Positions 33,901 to 43,830 of a stretch of DNA of 64,000 nucleotides are shown piece by piece. The notes below the pieces were generated by a model, which was given only the letters and a program-made list of their open reading frames with translations, was not told where the DNA came from and ran no database searches. The DNA comes from an uncultured Planctomycetales bacterium (GTDB lineage: Bacteria > Omnitrophota > Gorgyraeia > Zapsychrales > Aceulaceae), in NCBI GenBank assembly GCA_964648665.1, contig CAZYOA010000001.1:48128-112127 (forward strand), given 5' to 3'. The position numbers and the translations under genes were made by a program. The stretch's first letter is position 1, and each line of letters begins with the position of its first letter.

Positions 33901-34722
33901 ATGTCTAAAATTATTAAAGTTCAAAATATTTCTATAGGTGGTAAAAAGCCGTTTGTTTTAATCGCTGGGCCATGTGTTATTGAAGGACGAACTTTTTCTA
34001 TCCGACTGGCTAAAGCATTAAAGAAAGTCGCCAAGGAGTGTAAAATCCCTTTTATTTTTAAAGCTAGTTTTGATAAGGCTAATCGAACATCGATCAATTC
34101 GTTTAGAGGACCTGGTCTTAAAAAAGGATTGGCAATTTTAAAAGATATTAAGAAGGAAGCTGGTGTTCCTGTTTTAAGCGATATTCACAATGTTGATCAA
34201 CTTGATGAAGCGGCAAAAGTTTTAGATATAATTCAGATTCCAGCATTTTTATGTCGACAAACAGATTTGGTTGTTGCGGCTGCAAAGACAAAAAAAGTTA
34301 TTAATATTAAAAAAGGACAGTTTCTTGCTCCGTGGGATATGATCCAAGTTATTAAAAAGATTGAATCTGCAGGCAACAAGAAAATCCTTTTGACAGAGCG
34401 CGGTGTGAGCTTTGGGTATAATAATCTAGTAAGTGATTTTCGATCTTTAGAAGTAATGACTAAAACAGGATATCCTGTTATCTATGATGCAACACATAGT
34501 GTTCAGCAACCTGGTGGATTAGGTGAAGCTTCGGGTGGAAATAATGAATATGTTCCTTTGTTGTCGCGTTGTGCAATTGCTGCAGGAATTTCTGCTCTTT
34601 TTATTGAGGTACATCCACATCCAAAACAAGCTTTGTCGGATGGCCCTAATTCGCTTGAGTTTTCGAAATTAAAGAAATTATTAAATGAATTAAAACAAAT
34701 TGATCAAATTATTAAGAAATAG
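33901..34722 (+). CDS. kdsA: 2-dehydro-3-deoxyphosphooctonate aldolase (Kdo-8-P synthase)
   Basis: IAGPCVIE, FKASFDKANR, QIPAFLCRQTDL and DATHSVQ motifs. Confidence 0.95.
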   Translation: MSKIIKVQNISIGGKKPFVLIAGPCVIEGRTFSIRLAKALKKVAKECKIPFIFKASFDKANRTSINSFRGPGLKKGLAILKDIKKEAGVPVLSDIHNVDQLDEAAKVLDIIQIPAFLCRQTDLVVAAAKTKKVINIKKGQFLAPWDMIQVIKKIESAGNKKILLTERGVSFGYNNLVSDFRSLEVMTKTGYPVIYDATHSVQQPGGLGEASGGNNEYVPLLSRCAIAAGISALFIEVHPHPKQALSDGPNSLEFSKLKKLLNELKQIDQIIKK

Positions 34723-34731
34723 GATAAAACA

Positions 34732-35691
34732 ATGGTTTTAAAACGGGCAAAATCAGTTTTGGACATTGAAGCACAAGCAATTAAAGATTTAAAGAAGAAT
34801 CTTGATTCTGAATTCTTAAAAGCTGTTGATTTGATGGCACGATGCAAGGGGCGTGTTATTGTTTCTGGAATGGGAAAAACAGGACTCATTGGGCGAAAAA
34901 TTTCATCAACGTTATCTTCGACAGGAACACCGAGCACTTGGTTGCATGCTGGTGAAGCGTTGCATGGTGATCTTGGTCTTATTACGAAACAAGATGTAAT
35001 TATTTTAATTTCACATAGCGGTGAGACAGAAGAAACAAAACGTTTAATTCCATTGATTAAAAGAATTAAAATTAAATCTATAGCGATAACAGGAAGCCCA
35101 AAATCATTTTTGGCCAAGTATTGTGATATTGCTTTAAATACTGGAGTTAAAAAAGAGGGTTGTCCTTTAGGGTTAGCACCAATGGCATCAACAACAGTTA
35201 CGCTTGCTATGGGCGATGCTCTGGCGGCATGCTTGATTGATCGCAAAGGGTTTAAAAGAGAGAATTTTGCTTTTTTCCATCCTGGAGGATCGTTAGGACG
35301 AAACCTTCTTCTTAGAGTTGAAGATATTATGCGGACTGGTAGAGACTATTCTGTTGTTGCGCCTGATGCTCAAGTTAAAAATGTTCTTTTTACAATTACA
35401 AAAGCAAGATGTGGATCTGCTTGTGTGGTTGATAGCAAAGGAAAGCTAAAAGGTATCTTTACTGATGGAGATTTAAGGCGTCGTTTAAAAAAGGATATTT
35501 TGTTTTTAGATGAAAAAGTAAAAAATGTTATGACAAGGAATCCGACAACTGTAAAAAAAGATCAGCTTGCTGCTGAGGCGATGCGTATTTTGCAAGAAAA
35601 ACGAATTGATGAAGCGCCTGTTGTTGATAGCAAGGGAAAATCAGTAGGCCTTCTAGATGTCCAGGATTTATTAAAGACAGGAATTGTTTAA
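34732..35691 (+). CDS. kdsD: Arabinose-5-phosphate isomerase (SIS plus tandem CBS)
   Basis: SIS motif VSGMGKTG. HSGETEE. C-terminal CBS pair. Confidence 0.9.
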   Translation: MVLKRAKSVLDIEAQAIKDLKKNLDSEFLKAVDLMARCKGRVIVSGMGKTGLIGRKISSTLSSTGTPSTWLHAGEALHGDLGLITKQDVIILISHSGETEETKRLIPLIKRIKIKSIAITGSPKSFLAKYCDIALNTGVKKEGCPLGLAPMASTTVTLAMGDALAACLIDRKGFKRENFAFFHPGGSLGRNLLLRVEDIMRTGRDYSVVAPDAQVKNVLFTITKARCGSACVVDSKGKLKGIFTDGDLRRRLKKDILFLDEKVKNVMTRNPTTVKKDQLAAEAMRILQEKRIDEAPVVDSKGKSVGLLDVQDLLKTGIV

Positions 35692-35692
35692 G

Positions 35693-36223
35693 ATGGTTAT
35701 TCCAAAGACGGTAAAAGAAAAGATTAAGAGAATTAAAGTTTTAGTTATGGATGTCGATGGCGTTCTAACAGAAGGAAAACTTATTTTTGATGGTGAAGCT
35801 CGTGAGCTTAAGGCTTTTAATGTTCAAGACGGTTATGGAATTGTCATTTTGCAGCGATCAGGAATCAAAACGGCAATCATTACAGCTGGTGACTCAAAGG
35901 TTGTTAAAGTGAGGGCTGATTATTTGCATATCAATAAACTTTATTCAGGAGCATATCCTAAGATTGATTCGTATGAGAAATTGCTTAAATTCTTTAAAGT
36001 TAAGGATGAGGAAGTTTGTTACGCTGGTGATGATTTAACAGATTGTCAAATTTTAAAGCGCGTTGGATTTTCTGTTGCGGTTAAAAATGCTGTGCCTGAA
36101 ATAAAGAAAGTAGCTGATTACATTACGAAGCGTTCGGGTGGAGATGGTGCGATTCGAGAAGTTATAGAGCTTATTTTAAAGACTCAAAACAAATGGCAAA
36201 AAGTTATTGCTCAAGATCTATAA
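35693..36223 (+). CDS. kdsC: Kdo-8-phosphate phosphatase (HAD family)
   Basis: HAD motif I (MDVDGVLT). GDD..D motif. Size. ATG at 35693 is preferred over the TTG at 35684. Confidence 0.85.
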   Translation: MVIPKTVKEKIKRIKVLVMDVDGVLTEGKLIFDGEARELKAFNVQDGYGIVILQRSGIKTAIITAGDSKVVKVRADYLHINKLYSGAYPKIDSYEKLLKFFKVKDEEVCYAGDDLTDCQILKRVGFSVAVKNAVPEIKKVADYITKRSGGDGAIREVIELILKTQNKWQKVIAQDL

Positions 36224-37054
36224 ATGAAAAAAAATATTCTTCTTTTCAGTATTCTTTTTAGTATAATTTTTTCTTGTTGTGTTTGTTTTGCGCAAGAGGA
36301 GGTTCAGGAATTTGAAGGTTTTGATTTAGTTGGTTACGGTGAGGGTGGGCAAAAGGCTTGGGATTTAAAAGGCGATACCGCAACGATTGAGGGTGACAAT
36401 GTTAACATCGTTAACGTGGATGCAAATTCGTATGGTGAAGATGATATGAATGTTGTTGCTAGGACAGGAAAAGTTGATAAAAAAAGTGGAAATATGCGTC
36501 TGGAGCAAGATGTTGTTGTGACAACTGAAGATGGCATGCAAATGATGATGGATTCTCTTGATTGGCAAAAAGATAAAGATTTAATTACAACGGAAGATCA
36601 AGTTGTGATTGTGCGTGACAATATGACAGCCACAGGAAAAGGTGCAACGGCTCGTCCAGGTTTAAATGCGGCTCAGCTTAATGAAGATGTTAAAGTTGAG
36701 TATGAGCCAACTGAAGAAGAAGAAATGGATGGCCTTATCACGATTACGTGTGATGGTCCCATGGAAGTTGATTACGACAATCAGACAGCTTTTTTTAGTG
36801 ATAATGTTGTTGCAATTCAGAATGATCGCAAGCTTGTTGCAGATCGAATGGAATTATTTTTTGATGGAAAAACAAAAAAAATTAAAGAGTTGATTTGCAT
36901 CGGCAACGTATTAATTGTTCAAGGTGAAAATACTTCTTTTTCTGATCGAGCGATTTATAAGGCGCAAGAACAAAGAATCATTTTATCGGGGCGTCCAAAA
37001 TTACTTATGCATTTTGAAGAAGGCGAGGATACCGATGTATCTTTTGGAGACTAG
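36224..37054 (+). CDS. OstA-like LPS transport periplasmic protein (LptC/LptA family)
   Basis: N-terminal anchor or signal. Repetitive beta-jellyroll-like sequence. Located immediately upstream of lptB. Confidence 0.6.
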   Translation: MKKNILLFSILFSIIFSCCVCFAQEEVQEFEGFDLVGYGEGGQKAWDLKGDTATIEGDNVNIVNVDANSYGEDDMNVVARTGKVDKKSGNMRLEQDVVVTTEDGMQMMMDSLDWQKDKDLITTEDQVVIVRDNMTATGKGATARPGLNAAQLNEDVKVEYEPTEEEEMDGLITITCDGPMEVDYDNQTAFFSDNVVAIQNDRKLVADRMELFFDGKTKKIKELICIGNVLIVQGENTSFSDRAIYKAQEQRIILSGRPKLLMHFEEGEDTDVSFGD

Positions 37055-37757
37055 AAATTTAGCAAAAATTTATGGAGGACGTCGCGTTGTTGATGGGTTG
37101 AGCATTCGCGTGGGTCGTTCAGAAATTGTTGGTTTGTTGGGTCCTAATGGGGCTGGAAAAACTACAACGTTTTATATGGCGGTAGGTATTATTACTCCTG
37201 ATGAAGGACAAGTGTTTTTTGATCAAGAAGATATTACGCGAAAGCCGATTCATGATCGTTGTCATTTGGGCATGGGCTATCTTGCTCAAGAACCTTCTAT
37301 ATTTCGAAAACTTACTGTTGAAGAAAATATTATGGTGATTTTAGAAACATTGAATATTAGTCCGAGGGAAAGACGCAGAAGACTTAATAATCTTTTAGAA
37401 GAGCTTAATATTGGCCACTTAGCAAAGAGTAAAGCATTTACGCTTTCTGGTGGAGAAAGACGGCGCCTGGAGATCACAAGGGCACTGGTAACAAATCCTT
37501 CGTTTTTACTTTTAGATGAGCCGTTTTCAGGAATCGATCCCATTGTTGTTGCTGAAGCTCAAGAAATTATTAAAGGTTTAAGAGACAGAGGACTTGGAAT
37601 TTTATTAACGGATCATAACGTTCGAGAAACATTATCAATTACCGATCGAGCATATTTGATTGCCGATGGAAGTGTTTTAATCTCTGGAACAGCGGATGAT
37701 CTTGTTAATGATCCAAAAGCAAGGCAGATTTATTTAGGTGAAAAATTTAGGATGTAA
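37035..37757 (+). CDS. lptB: LPS export ABC transporter ATP-binding protein
   Basis: Walker A GPNGAGKTT. Signature LSGGERRR. Walker B LLLDEP. Start moved to the ATG at 37035 (MYLLETRNL). Confidence 0.9.
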   Translation: MYLLETRNLAKIYGGRRVVDGLSIRVGRSEIVGLLGPNGAGKTTTFYMAVGIITPDEGQVFFDQEDITRKPIHDRCHLGMGYLAQEPSIFRKLTVEENIMVILETLNISPRERRRRLNNLLEELNIGHLAKSKAFTLSGGERRRLEITRALVTNPSFLLLDEPFSGIDPIVVAEAQEIIKGLRDRGLGILLTDHNVRETLSITDRAYLIADGSVLISGTADDLVNDPKARQIYLGEKFRM

Positions 37758-37784
37758 CGTTTTTAAAAAAGGATAAGTGTAAAA

Positions 37785-38681
37785 ATGAAAGTAGATTTAA
37801 AAAAAGTTGATGCTACAAAAAGAGAATTAAAATTTGAAGTTTCTGAAGATCGAGTGACAAAGAAAATGGAAGAGGTTTTTAAAGAAATCTCAAAAGTTGC
37901 AAAAATTAAAGGTTTCCGTCCTGGCAAAGCACCACGCCATATTATTGAAGCTGAACATGGAAAAGTTGCTCAGGAAAAAATGATGGAGCGACTTATTCCA
38001 GAAGTTTATCAAGAAGCATTAGAAAAGGAAAAATTAAGTCCCATTGATTTTCCAGAAGTTTCTGACGTGAAAGTCAAAGATGGTTCTTTGACATTTAAGG
38101 CGACGCTGGATATTCAACCTGAGTTTTCAGTTAAAGATTACAAAGGCATTAAAGTTAAAAAGAAGAAGTCTGAAGTTACTGATGCCGAAATCAAAAAGAC
38201 TTTAGATTTTTTTAAGACTTCACAAGGAAAAGAAAAAAAAGATGTAAAAATTGATGATGAATTTGCAAAAGGATTGGGATATCCAAGCCTTGAAGAAATG
38301 AAGACATCTTTTAAGCAACAAATGGAGATTGAAAAGGATCGTCAGAATCGTGCTGATGTTGAAAATCAAGTTGTTGAGTTCTTGGTAAAGACAACAAAGG
38401 TAATTGTGCCAAAAACAACGGTTCAGCGTCATATCGATCGCTTGGCTCATGATACTCGGCAACGTATGGAGCAGCAAGGTGTTAAAAAAGAAGATGTTGA
38501 TAAGCGCGTTGATGAGTTCCTTAAAAAAGTTAAGCCAAATGCAGAAAGAGATGTTAAGGCGTATTTTATTCTAGAGAAGATTGCACAGGAAGAAAAAATA
38601 ACTGTTTCACAAGGTGAAAATTTATTTCAAAAAGTCATTGGTTTTCTTTTGAAGGAAGCTAAATGGGAGGAGGCAAAATAA
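37785..38681 (+). CDS. tig: Trigger factor lacking the PPIase domain
   Basis: N-domain with the ribosome-binding GFRPGKAP motif. A C-domain-like helical part follows directly. 298 aa versus about 430 aa for canonical trigger factor. Located immediately upstream of clpP. Confidence 0.8.
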   Translation: MKVDLKKVDATKRELKFEVSEDRVTKKMEEVFKEISKVAKIKGFRPGKAPRHIIEAEHGKVAQEKMMERLIPEVYQEALEKEKLSPIDFPEVSDVKVKDGSLTFKATLDIQPEFSVKDYKGIKVKKKKSEVTDAEIKKTLDFFKTSQGKEKKDVKIDDEFAKGLGYPSLEEMKTSFKQQMEIEKDRQNRADVENQVVEFLVKTTKVIVPKTTVQRHIDRLAHDTRQRMEQQGVKKEDVDKRVDEFLKKVKPNAERDVKAYFILEKIAQEEKITVSQGENLFQKVIGFLLKEAKWEEAK

Positions 38682-39287
38682 ATGGATTTAAAATCACAGG
38701 TTTTGGTGCCGATGGTTGTTGAAAAAACGGGTCAAGGAGAGCGTGCTTATGATATCTATTCACGTCTTTTGAAGGATCGTATTATTTTTATTGGAACGGC
38801 AATTGATGATAACGTTGCTAATTTGATTATTGCACAACTTTTATTTTTACAATCTGAAGACGACTCAAAGGATATTAGCGTTTATGTTAATTCTCCAGGA
38901 GGATCTGTAACAGCTGGCCTTGCTATTTATGATACGATGCAATTTTTAAAACCTGATATTCGTACATATTGCATGGGTCAGGCAGCGAGCATGGGGGCCA
39001 TTCTTTTGACAGCTGGTACAAAAGGAAAACGATATGCGCTTCCTTATTCTCGCATCATGATTCATCAACCTTGGGGAGGAGCTCAAGGAACAGCGAGCGA
39101 CATTACGATTCAGGCTAAAGAAATTGGACGCTTGAAAGAAAGCTTGCTAAATATTTTAGCTTTTCATACTGGGCGGTCTAATGAAAAAATTACAGCTGAT
39201 TCTGATCGTGATTTTTTTATGAGCGCAGAAGAATCAAAGGCTTATGGATTGATTGACGAAGTTATTGTTAATCCTAATAAATCGTAA
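38682..39287 (+). CDS. clpP: ATP-dependent Clp protease proteolytic subunit
   Basis: [11 protein letters not shown] start. Catalytic GQAASMG, IHQP and D motifs. Confidence 0.95.
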   Translation: MDLKSQVLVPMVVEKTGQGERAYDIYSRLLKDRIIFIGTAIDDNVANLIIAQLLFLQSEDDSKDISVYVNSPGGSVTAGLAIYDTMQFLKPDIRTYCMGQAASMGAILLTAGTKGKRYALPYSRIMIHQPWGGAQGTASDITIQAKEIGRLKESLLNILAFHTGRSNEKITADSDRDFFMSAEESKAYGLIDEVIVNPNKS

Positions 39288-39314
39288 TATTTTTGTTATT
39301 TGAAATATAAAGAA

Positions 39315-40241
39315 ATGAAAATTCTAATTAGTGATAAACTTCCCTTAGACGCCATTGGTGTTTTGTCGGAAGTTGAAGAGTTTGAAGTTGATTGTCGATT
39401 CGGCATTGCTCCAGATGAGCTTCGACAAGAAATCAAAGATTATCATGCTCTTGTTGTGCGAAGCTCAACGCATGTCACGGCTGAGATTATTAATGCTGGC
39501 GATAAGCTTAAAGTTATAGGGCGCGCCGGTGTTGGGCTTGACAATGTTGATCTTCTGGCAGCGGAAAAAAAAGGAGTTATTGTTTTGAATACTCCTTTTG
39601 CAAACACGACAGCAACCGCAGAGCATACGATGAGTCTTATTCTTGCTTTGTCGCGCAATATTGTTCAATCATGTTGTTCTTTAAAGTCAGGAGAATGGGA
39701 ACGCGCGCGTTATATCGGTGTTGAATTAAATAGAAAGATGTTAGGCATTGTTGGTCTTGGCCGAATAGGACTAACAGTTTCAAGAATGGCTAAATCTTTT
39801 GGTATGAATGTTGTTGGATTTGATCCGTTTATTTCCAAACAAGTTGCACAAGATAATGATATTGAATTAATAGATTTTGATGATCTTTTAAAGAAGTCAG
39901 ATTTTATTTCAATTCATGTTCCTAAAAATGAAGAAACTAAGAATTTAATTTCCGATAAAGAATTTGCTTTAATGAAATCTGATGCTAAAATTATTAATTG
40001 TGCTCGAGGTGGAATTGTTGATGAATCTGCACTTATTTGCGCGTTAAAAGAAAATCAAATTGGTGGATGCGCTTTAGATGTTTATGAAAAAGAGCCTCCA
40101 GATTTTAATTCAGAATTATTTAAATTTGACAACTGTTTGACAACACCACATTTAGGTGCTGCAACAGTTGAGGCAAGATCTAATGTTGCTATTGAGATTG
40201 TCTGTTGCGTTAGAGATGTTCTTTTAGGGCATAAGATTTAA
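39315..40241 (+). CDS. D-isomer-specific 2-hydroxyacid dehydrogenase (phosphoglycerate dehydrogenase-like, no ACT domain)
   Basis: NAD motif GIVGLGRIG. Catalytic R...E...H pattern (CARGG...; TPHLGA). Confidence 0.8.
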   Translation: MKILISDKLPLDAIGVLSEVEEFEVDCRFGIAPDELRQEIKDYHALVVRSSTHVTAEIINAGDKLKVIGRAGVGLDNVDLLAAEKKGVIVLNTPFANTTATAEHTMSLILALSRNIVQSCCSLKSGEWERARYIGVELNRKMLGIVGLGRIGLTVSRMAKSFGMNVVGFDPFISKQVAQDNDIELIDFDDLLKKSDFISIHVPKNEETKNLISDKEFALMKSDAKIINCARGGIVDESALICALKENQIGGCALDVYEKEPPDFNSELFKFDNCLTTPHLGAATVEARSNVAIEIVCCVRDVLLGHKI

Positions 40242-40288
40242 TAGGTAAGGATTTAGATTAAGAATAAAGATATAAAAAGGAGTTAAAG

Positions 40289-41314
40289 ATGAAGCGTTCT
40301 TTTTGGTTAACTTTTGTTGTTATATTTTTTGCATCTTTAATATCTTTTGAGGGTTTTTGTGTTGCGCAAGATGTAGATTTTGTTGAGAAGGAAGTTACGG
40401 ACATCCAGCCATTGTGCCGATCAGATCAAGATTGTATGAGGCCTGGTGTTATTGGTATTTGCCAATCCCCAGGAGAGAAAATGGCTAGATGTCTCTGGCA
40501 AGAAGTTGCGCAAATTCCTATTATTGCGATTGTACCAAAAAACTGTCGCACTTGTCAGCCTGAGGCGGCTATCAGAAGTTTGCAGCAGATTTTTTTAGGA
40601 ATTCAACCTCGATTTGTAAATGAAGATGATGTTGAAGCTAAAGAGTTAATCAAACATTTTAAAATTAAAAATTTACCAGCTTATATTTTTTCAAAAGATG
40701 TAGAAAGAGATCCTAGTTTTTCTCGATTCTTAGAAATGTCGATTGAAGGAGACAGTTATTATTATTTAAAACCTCAATTTTCAGGGGTTTCTTATTTCTT
40801 AGATCGCAAGCCTAAGAGAAATCAATTGGATTTATTTCTGACGCTTGGATCGACGGGAATGTTTCAGCCAGTTAAAATTGCCGAAGAAATTTATAAAGAC
40901 AAGAGTAGTAATATTAATCTTGAGTTGCATTTTTTAGGAATAAAGAATACGGAATCTGGGACTTGTGTAACTCCTGGTGGACAGAGAGAGCAAGAAGAGG
41001 AGAAGATTTTTGCTTGTGTTGATAATTACTATCCTGAGAAATCGTTTGATTATCTTTCATGTCGATTGCTTAAAATTAATAGTATTTGGTTTGAAGATTG
41101 CTTAAAGCAAAACAATATTAATGTTGATAAAATTAAAAAATGCGCACAATCAAAAAAAGGACAAAAACTTTTTGAAAAAATGATTAAAATGTCTCAAGAT
41201 TTGAATGTTCGATATGCACCAATCTTCTTAATGGACAATGTTGAAATTTTTGGAGTTACAGATCAGACAACTTCTGAAGAAATTATAGGTATTATTCAAT
41301 CGTTTAAGAAATAA
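40289..41314 (+). CDS. Secreted Cys-rich hypothetical protein with a possible thioredoxin-like region
   Basis: Signal peptide. N-terminal Cys knot-like stretch. A CRTC (CxxC) motif inside a beta-alpha-like segment. No firm family recognition. Confidence 0.4.
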   Translation: MKRSFWLTFVVIFFASLISFEGFCVAQDVDFVEKEVTDIQPLCRSDQDCMRPGVIGICQSPGEKMARCLWQEVAQIPIIAIVPKNCRTCQPEAAIRSLQQIFLGIQPRFVNEDDVEAKELIKHFKIKNLPAYIFSKDVERDPSFSRFLEMSIEGDSYYYLKPQFSGVSYFLDRKPKRNQLDLFLTLGSTGMFQPVKIAEEIYKDKSSNINLELHFLGIKNTESGTCVTPGGQREQEEEKIFACVDNYYPEKSFDYLSCRLLKINSIWFEDCLKQNNINVDKIKKCAQSKKGQKLFEKMIKMSQDLNVRYAPIFLMDNVEIFGVTDQTTSEEIIGIIQSFKK

Positions 41315-41343
41315 AATGGAATGTTAAAAGAAAGAGTGGATTT

Positions 41344-42615
41344 ATGAATATTGTTGTTGGTGGTGCTCAATGGGGAGACGAAGGAAAAGGTAAGTTAATC
41401 GATATTTTATCGAAACATACAGATATTACAGCGAGATATCAAGGTGGTAATAATGCTGGACATACAGTTGTTGTTGGCGATATGCGATACGTTTTTCATT
41501 TAATTCCATCTGCTATTTTGCGTAAAGAAAAAATTTGTGTCATAGGAAATGGTGTTGTTGTTGATCCAAAGGCACTTTTGGCGGAAATGGAAGAGTTAAA
41601 GGGTCAAAAAGTGAACGTAACTTCAAAACGACTTAAGATTGCTGCAAACGCTCACGTTATTTTACCTTATCATCGTATTCTAGATGGCTTAAGAGAATCA
41701 AAGAGAAAAAATAAGATCGGAACAACTGGCCGGGGAATCGGGCCATGTTATGCCGATAAGGTTACGAGATGTGGAATCAGAATGATCGATTTGCTAAATC
41801 CAAAAATTTTAAAGGCAAAACTTGAAGATAATCTAAGAGAAAAGAATGAAACTTTTACTAAGGTTTATGGGCAAAAGAACTTTCTACTAGGGAATATTTA
41901 CAAAGAATATCTTGATTATGGAAAGAAGCTCAAAGATTATATTTGCGATACAGCTTTATTCTTAAATACAGCAATCGACAAGAAAAAGACTGTGTTATTC
42001 GAAGGAGCTCAAGGGACATTTTTAGATATTGATTTCGGGACATATCCATTTGTAACTTCTTCAAATTCAATTGCTGGTGGAGTTAGCGCTGGAACAGGGG
42101 TTGCTCCAACAAAAATTGATCGAATGATTTCTGCTGTTAAAGCGTATACGACTCGCGTTGGCGAAGGTCCTTTTCCAACAGAATTTTCAACATATCTTAA
42201 AGATGATATTCGTGTTAAAGGAAAAGAATTTGGAGCTACCACAGGTAGGCCTCGTCGATGTGGATGGTTTGATAGCGTGCTTGTGAAATACGCCGTTATG
42301 ATCAATGGAACTACAGAGCTTGCGATTATGAAGCTGGATGTTTTAGATGAGCTGAAAAAGATAAAAATTTGTACCAGTTATCGATATAAGGGCAAAATTA
42401 TCAGAAATTTTCCTTTAGATTTAGAGGTTTTGCAAAATGTAAAACCTATTTATATACAAATGGACGGATGGCAGGAGCCAATCAGCGGAATTCGAAAATT
42501 TGAGAAATTACCTAAAAACGCCAAGAAATATATTTATTTTCTTGAGAAGTTGCTTAATACGCGAATTAAGTATATTTCTATTGGGTCCAAAAGAGACGAA
42601 ATTATTATTCGCTAG
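41344..42615 (+). CDS. purA: Adenylosuccinate synthetase
   Basis: GAQWGDEGKGK P-loop. GNNAGHT. GTTGRGIGP. TTGRPRRCGW. Confidence 0.95.
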   Translation: MNIVVGGAQWGDEGKGKLIDILSKHTDITARYQGGNNAGHTVVVGDMRYVFHLIPSAILRKEKICVIGNGVVVDPKALLAEMEELKGQKVNVTSKRLKIAANAHVILPYHRILDGLRESKRKNKIGTTGRGIGPCYADKVTRCGIRMIDLLNPKILKAKLEDNLREKNETFTKVYGQKNFLLGNIYKEYLDYGKKLKDYICDTALFLNTAIDKKKTVLFEGAQGTFLDIDFGTYPFVTSSNSIAGGVSAGTGVAPTKIDRMISAVKAYTTRVGEGPFPTEFSTYLKDDIRVKGKEFGATTGRPRRCGWFDSVLVKYAVMINGTTELAIMKLDVLDELKKIKICTSYRYKGKIIRNFPLDLEVLQNVKPIYIQMDGWQEPISGIRKFEKLPKNAKKYIYFLEKLLNTRIKYISIGSKRDEIIIR

Positions 42616-42713
42616 AGACGCATCTTATTACAAGTGTTAGGGTTAGTCAATTTTCTTGACTTTGACTAGGCCTTATGTTAATGTGATTTATTATAATAAT
42701 AAAGGAGGAACAA

Positions 42714-43355
42714 ATGCACAGGTCTTTAAATAAATTCGTATCATTTTGCTTGATTGTTTTGCTAAGTTTTAGCGTTGTGGGCTGTACAGTTGTTATTCAA
42801 AAAGGAAGATCTAGCGATATTCAGAAGATATCAAGTTTGAAGCGTGAGTTGACAACTCTTGAGCGCGCTAAAAGAGAGCTTGAAAATCAACTTAAAGGCG
42901 AGATCGATGATCGTGAAGTTTCGATTGAAATGCTTGAAAAGGGACTTGTTATTACTTTTGTATCAGAAGTTTTATTTGATTCTGGTAAAGCAAAGCTTCG
43001 TAGCGATTCATTGTCTAAATTAAGTAAAGTTGCTGGAGTGTTAAAGACAACTGTTCGAAATTTAAATGTTGGCATTGAAGGTCATACAGATAATGTTCCA
43101 ATCAAACATTCAGGCTGGAAGTCGAATTGGGAACTTTCTTCAGCAAGAGCTATGAGTGTTTTGCATGATCTAGTTGAGAAAGAACACCTTAATCCTCGGC
43201 GATTATCAGCAACAGGATATGGAGAATTTCGTCCTATGGTATCTAACGATACAAAGCAAGGTCAGCAGAGAAATCGACGTGTTGAAATTGTTATTTTACC
43301 GAATACGATTAAAAATGCAAGTTCTGAGAAAATTATTGAAGAGAATTTAAAATAA
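42714..43355 (+). CDS. OmpA/MotB-domain lipoprotein
   Basis: Lipobox-like VVGC. Coiled-coil linker. OmpA-like C-domain (F.SG.A.L..., GHTDN.P, NWELS.ARA, NRRVEIV). Confidence 0.85.
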   Translation: MHRSLNKFVSFCLIVLLSFSVVGCTVVIQKGRSSDIQKISSLKRELTTLERAKRELENQLKGEIDDREVSIEMLEKGLVITFVSEVLFDSGKAKLRSDSLSKLSKVAGVLKTTVRNLNVGIEGHTDNVPIKHSGWKSNWELSSARAMSVLHDLVEKEHLNPRRLSATGYGEFRPMVSNDTKQGQQRNRRVEIVILPNTIKNASSEKIIEENLK

Positions 43356-43359
43356 TTTT

Positions 43360-43734
43360 ATGAATAAGAATTTCAAAGAAAAATCATTTGTCTTTTTTGC
43401 AATTTTAACAATTGCTTGCTTAGGTTTTGCTATTGCATCGAGTCAAAAGTTTACTGCAACCAAAGAGGGTCTAAACGAAGAGCGATATCAACGCATGGTT
43501 GCTGAAGAAAAGCTTGAAAAAGAAAAATCTAAAAGTAGAGTTTTAGAGTCTAAGAATGGGCAGATGCAAAAAAAGGTTGATCAACTCAATGCTTTGTTGA
43601 AGGAAGAAAAAGGTGCAATTTCTGATCTTAAGATGGAACTTGAAAAAACAGCACGTTTGAATCAGATTCTAGAAAGAGAACTTAAAAATGCACTTGTTCG
43701 AGAAAATACTACGCCTCAAGCAAGTAATGAATAG
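43360..43734 (+). CDS. Membrane-anchored coiled-coil hypothetical protein
   Basis: One N-terminal hydrophobic helix followed by a heptad-rich, Glu/Lys-rich sequence. Confidence 0.5.
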   Translation: MNKNFKEKSFVFFAILTIACLGFAIASSQKFTATKEGLNEERYQRMVAEEKLEKEKSKSRVLESKNGQMQKKVDQLNALLKEEKGAISDLKMELEKTARLNQILERELKNALVRENTTPQASNE

Positions 43735-43797
43735 TTTTGTGAAGATACGGTAGGACGCAAGTCGTGTCCTGAGAATGATTTGGTAGCATCGATATGG

Positions 43798-43821
43798 GGG
43801 ATAGACATCCCTCATTTTATT
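43798..43821 (+). terminator. Possible weak terminator hairpin
   Basis: GGGAT-AGAC-ATCCC hairpin followed by TCATTTTATTT. Confidence 0.35.
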
Positions 43822-43830
43822 TGAAAAAAA

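Noticed and set aside
36915-37034. Upstream extension of lptB offered by the ORF track (start 36915). The same applies to the extended starts at 57296 (SpoIID-like), 59496 (tgt), 39300 (dehydrogenase), 31743 (small ORF) and 35684 (kdsC).
   Set aside because: The extensions overlap the preceding gene heavily or encode non-homologous junk. Internal ATGs at 37035, 57344, 59523, 39315, 31779 and 35693 give N-termini matching the family consensus.
42652-42700. Duplicated TTGACT (tcttgactttgactagg) upstream of the OmpA-family gene as a promoter.
   Set aside because: Spacing to the best -10 candidates is poor: TAATGT is a weak hexamer and TATAAT lies about 24 nt away. It is too ambiguous to annotate.
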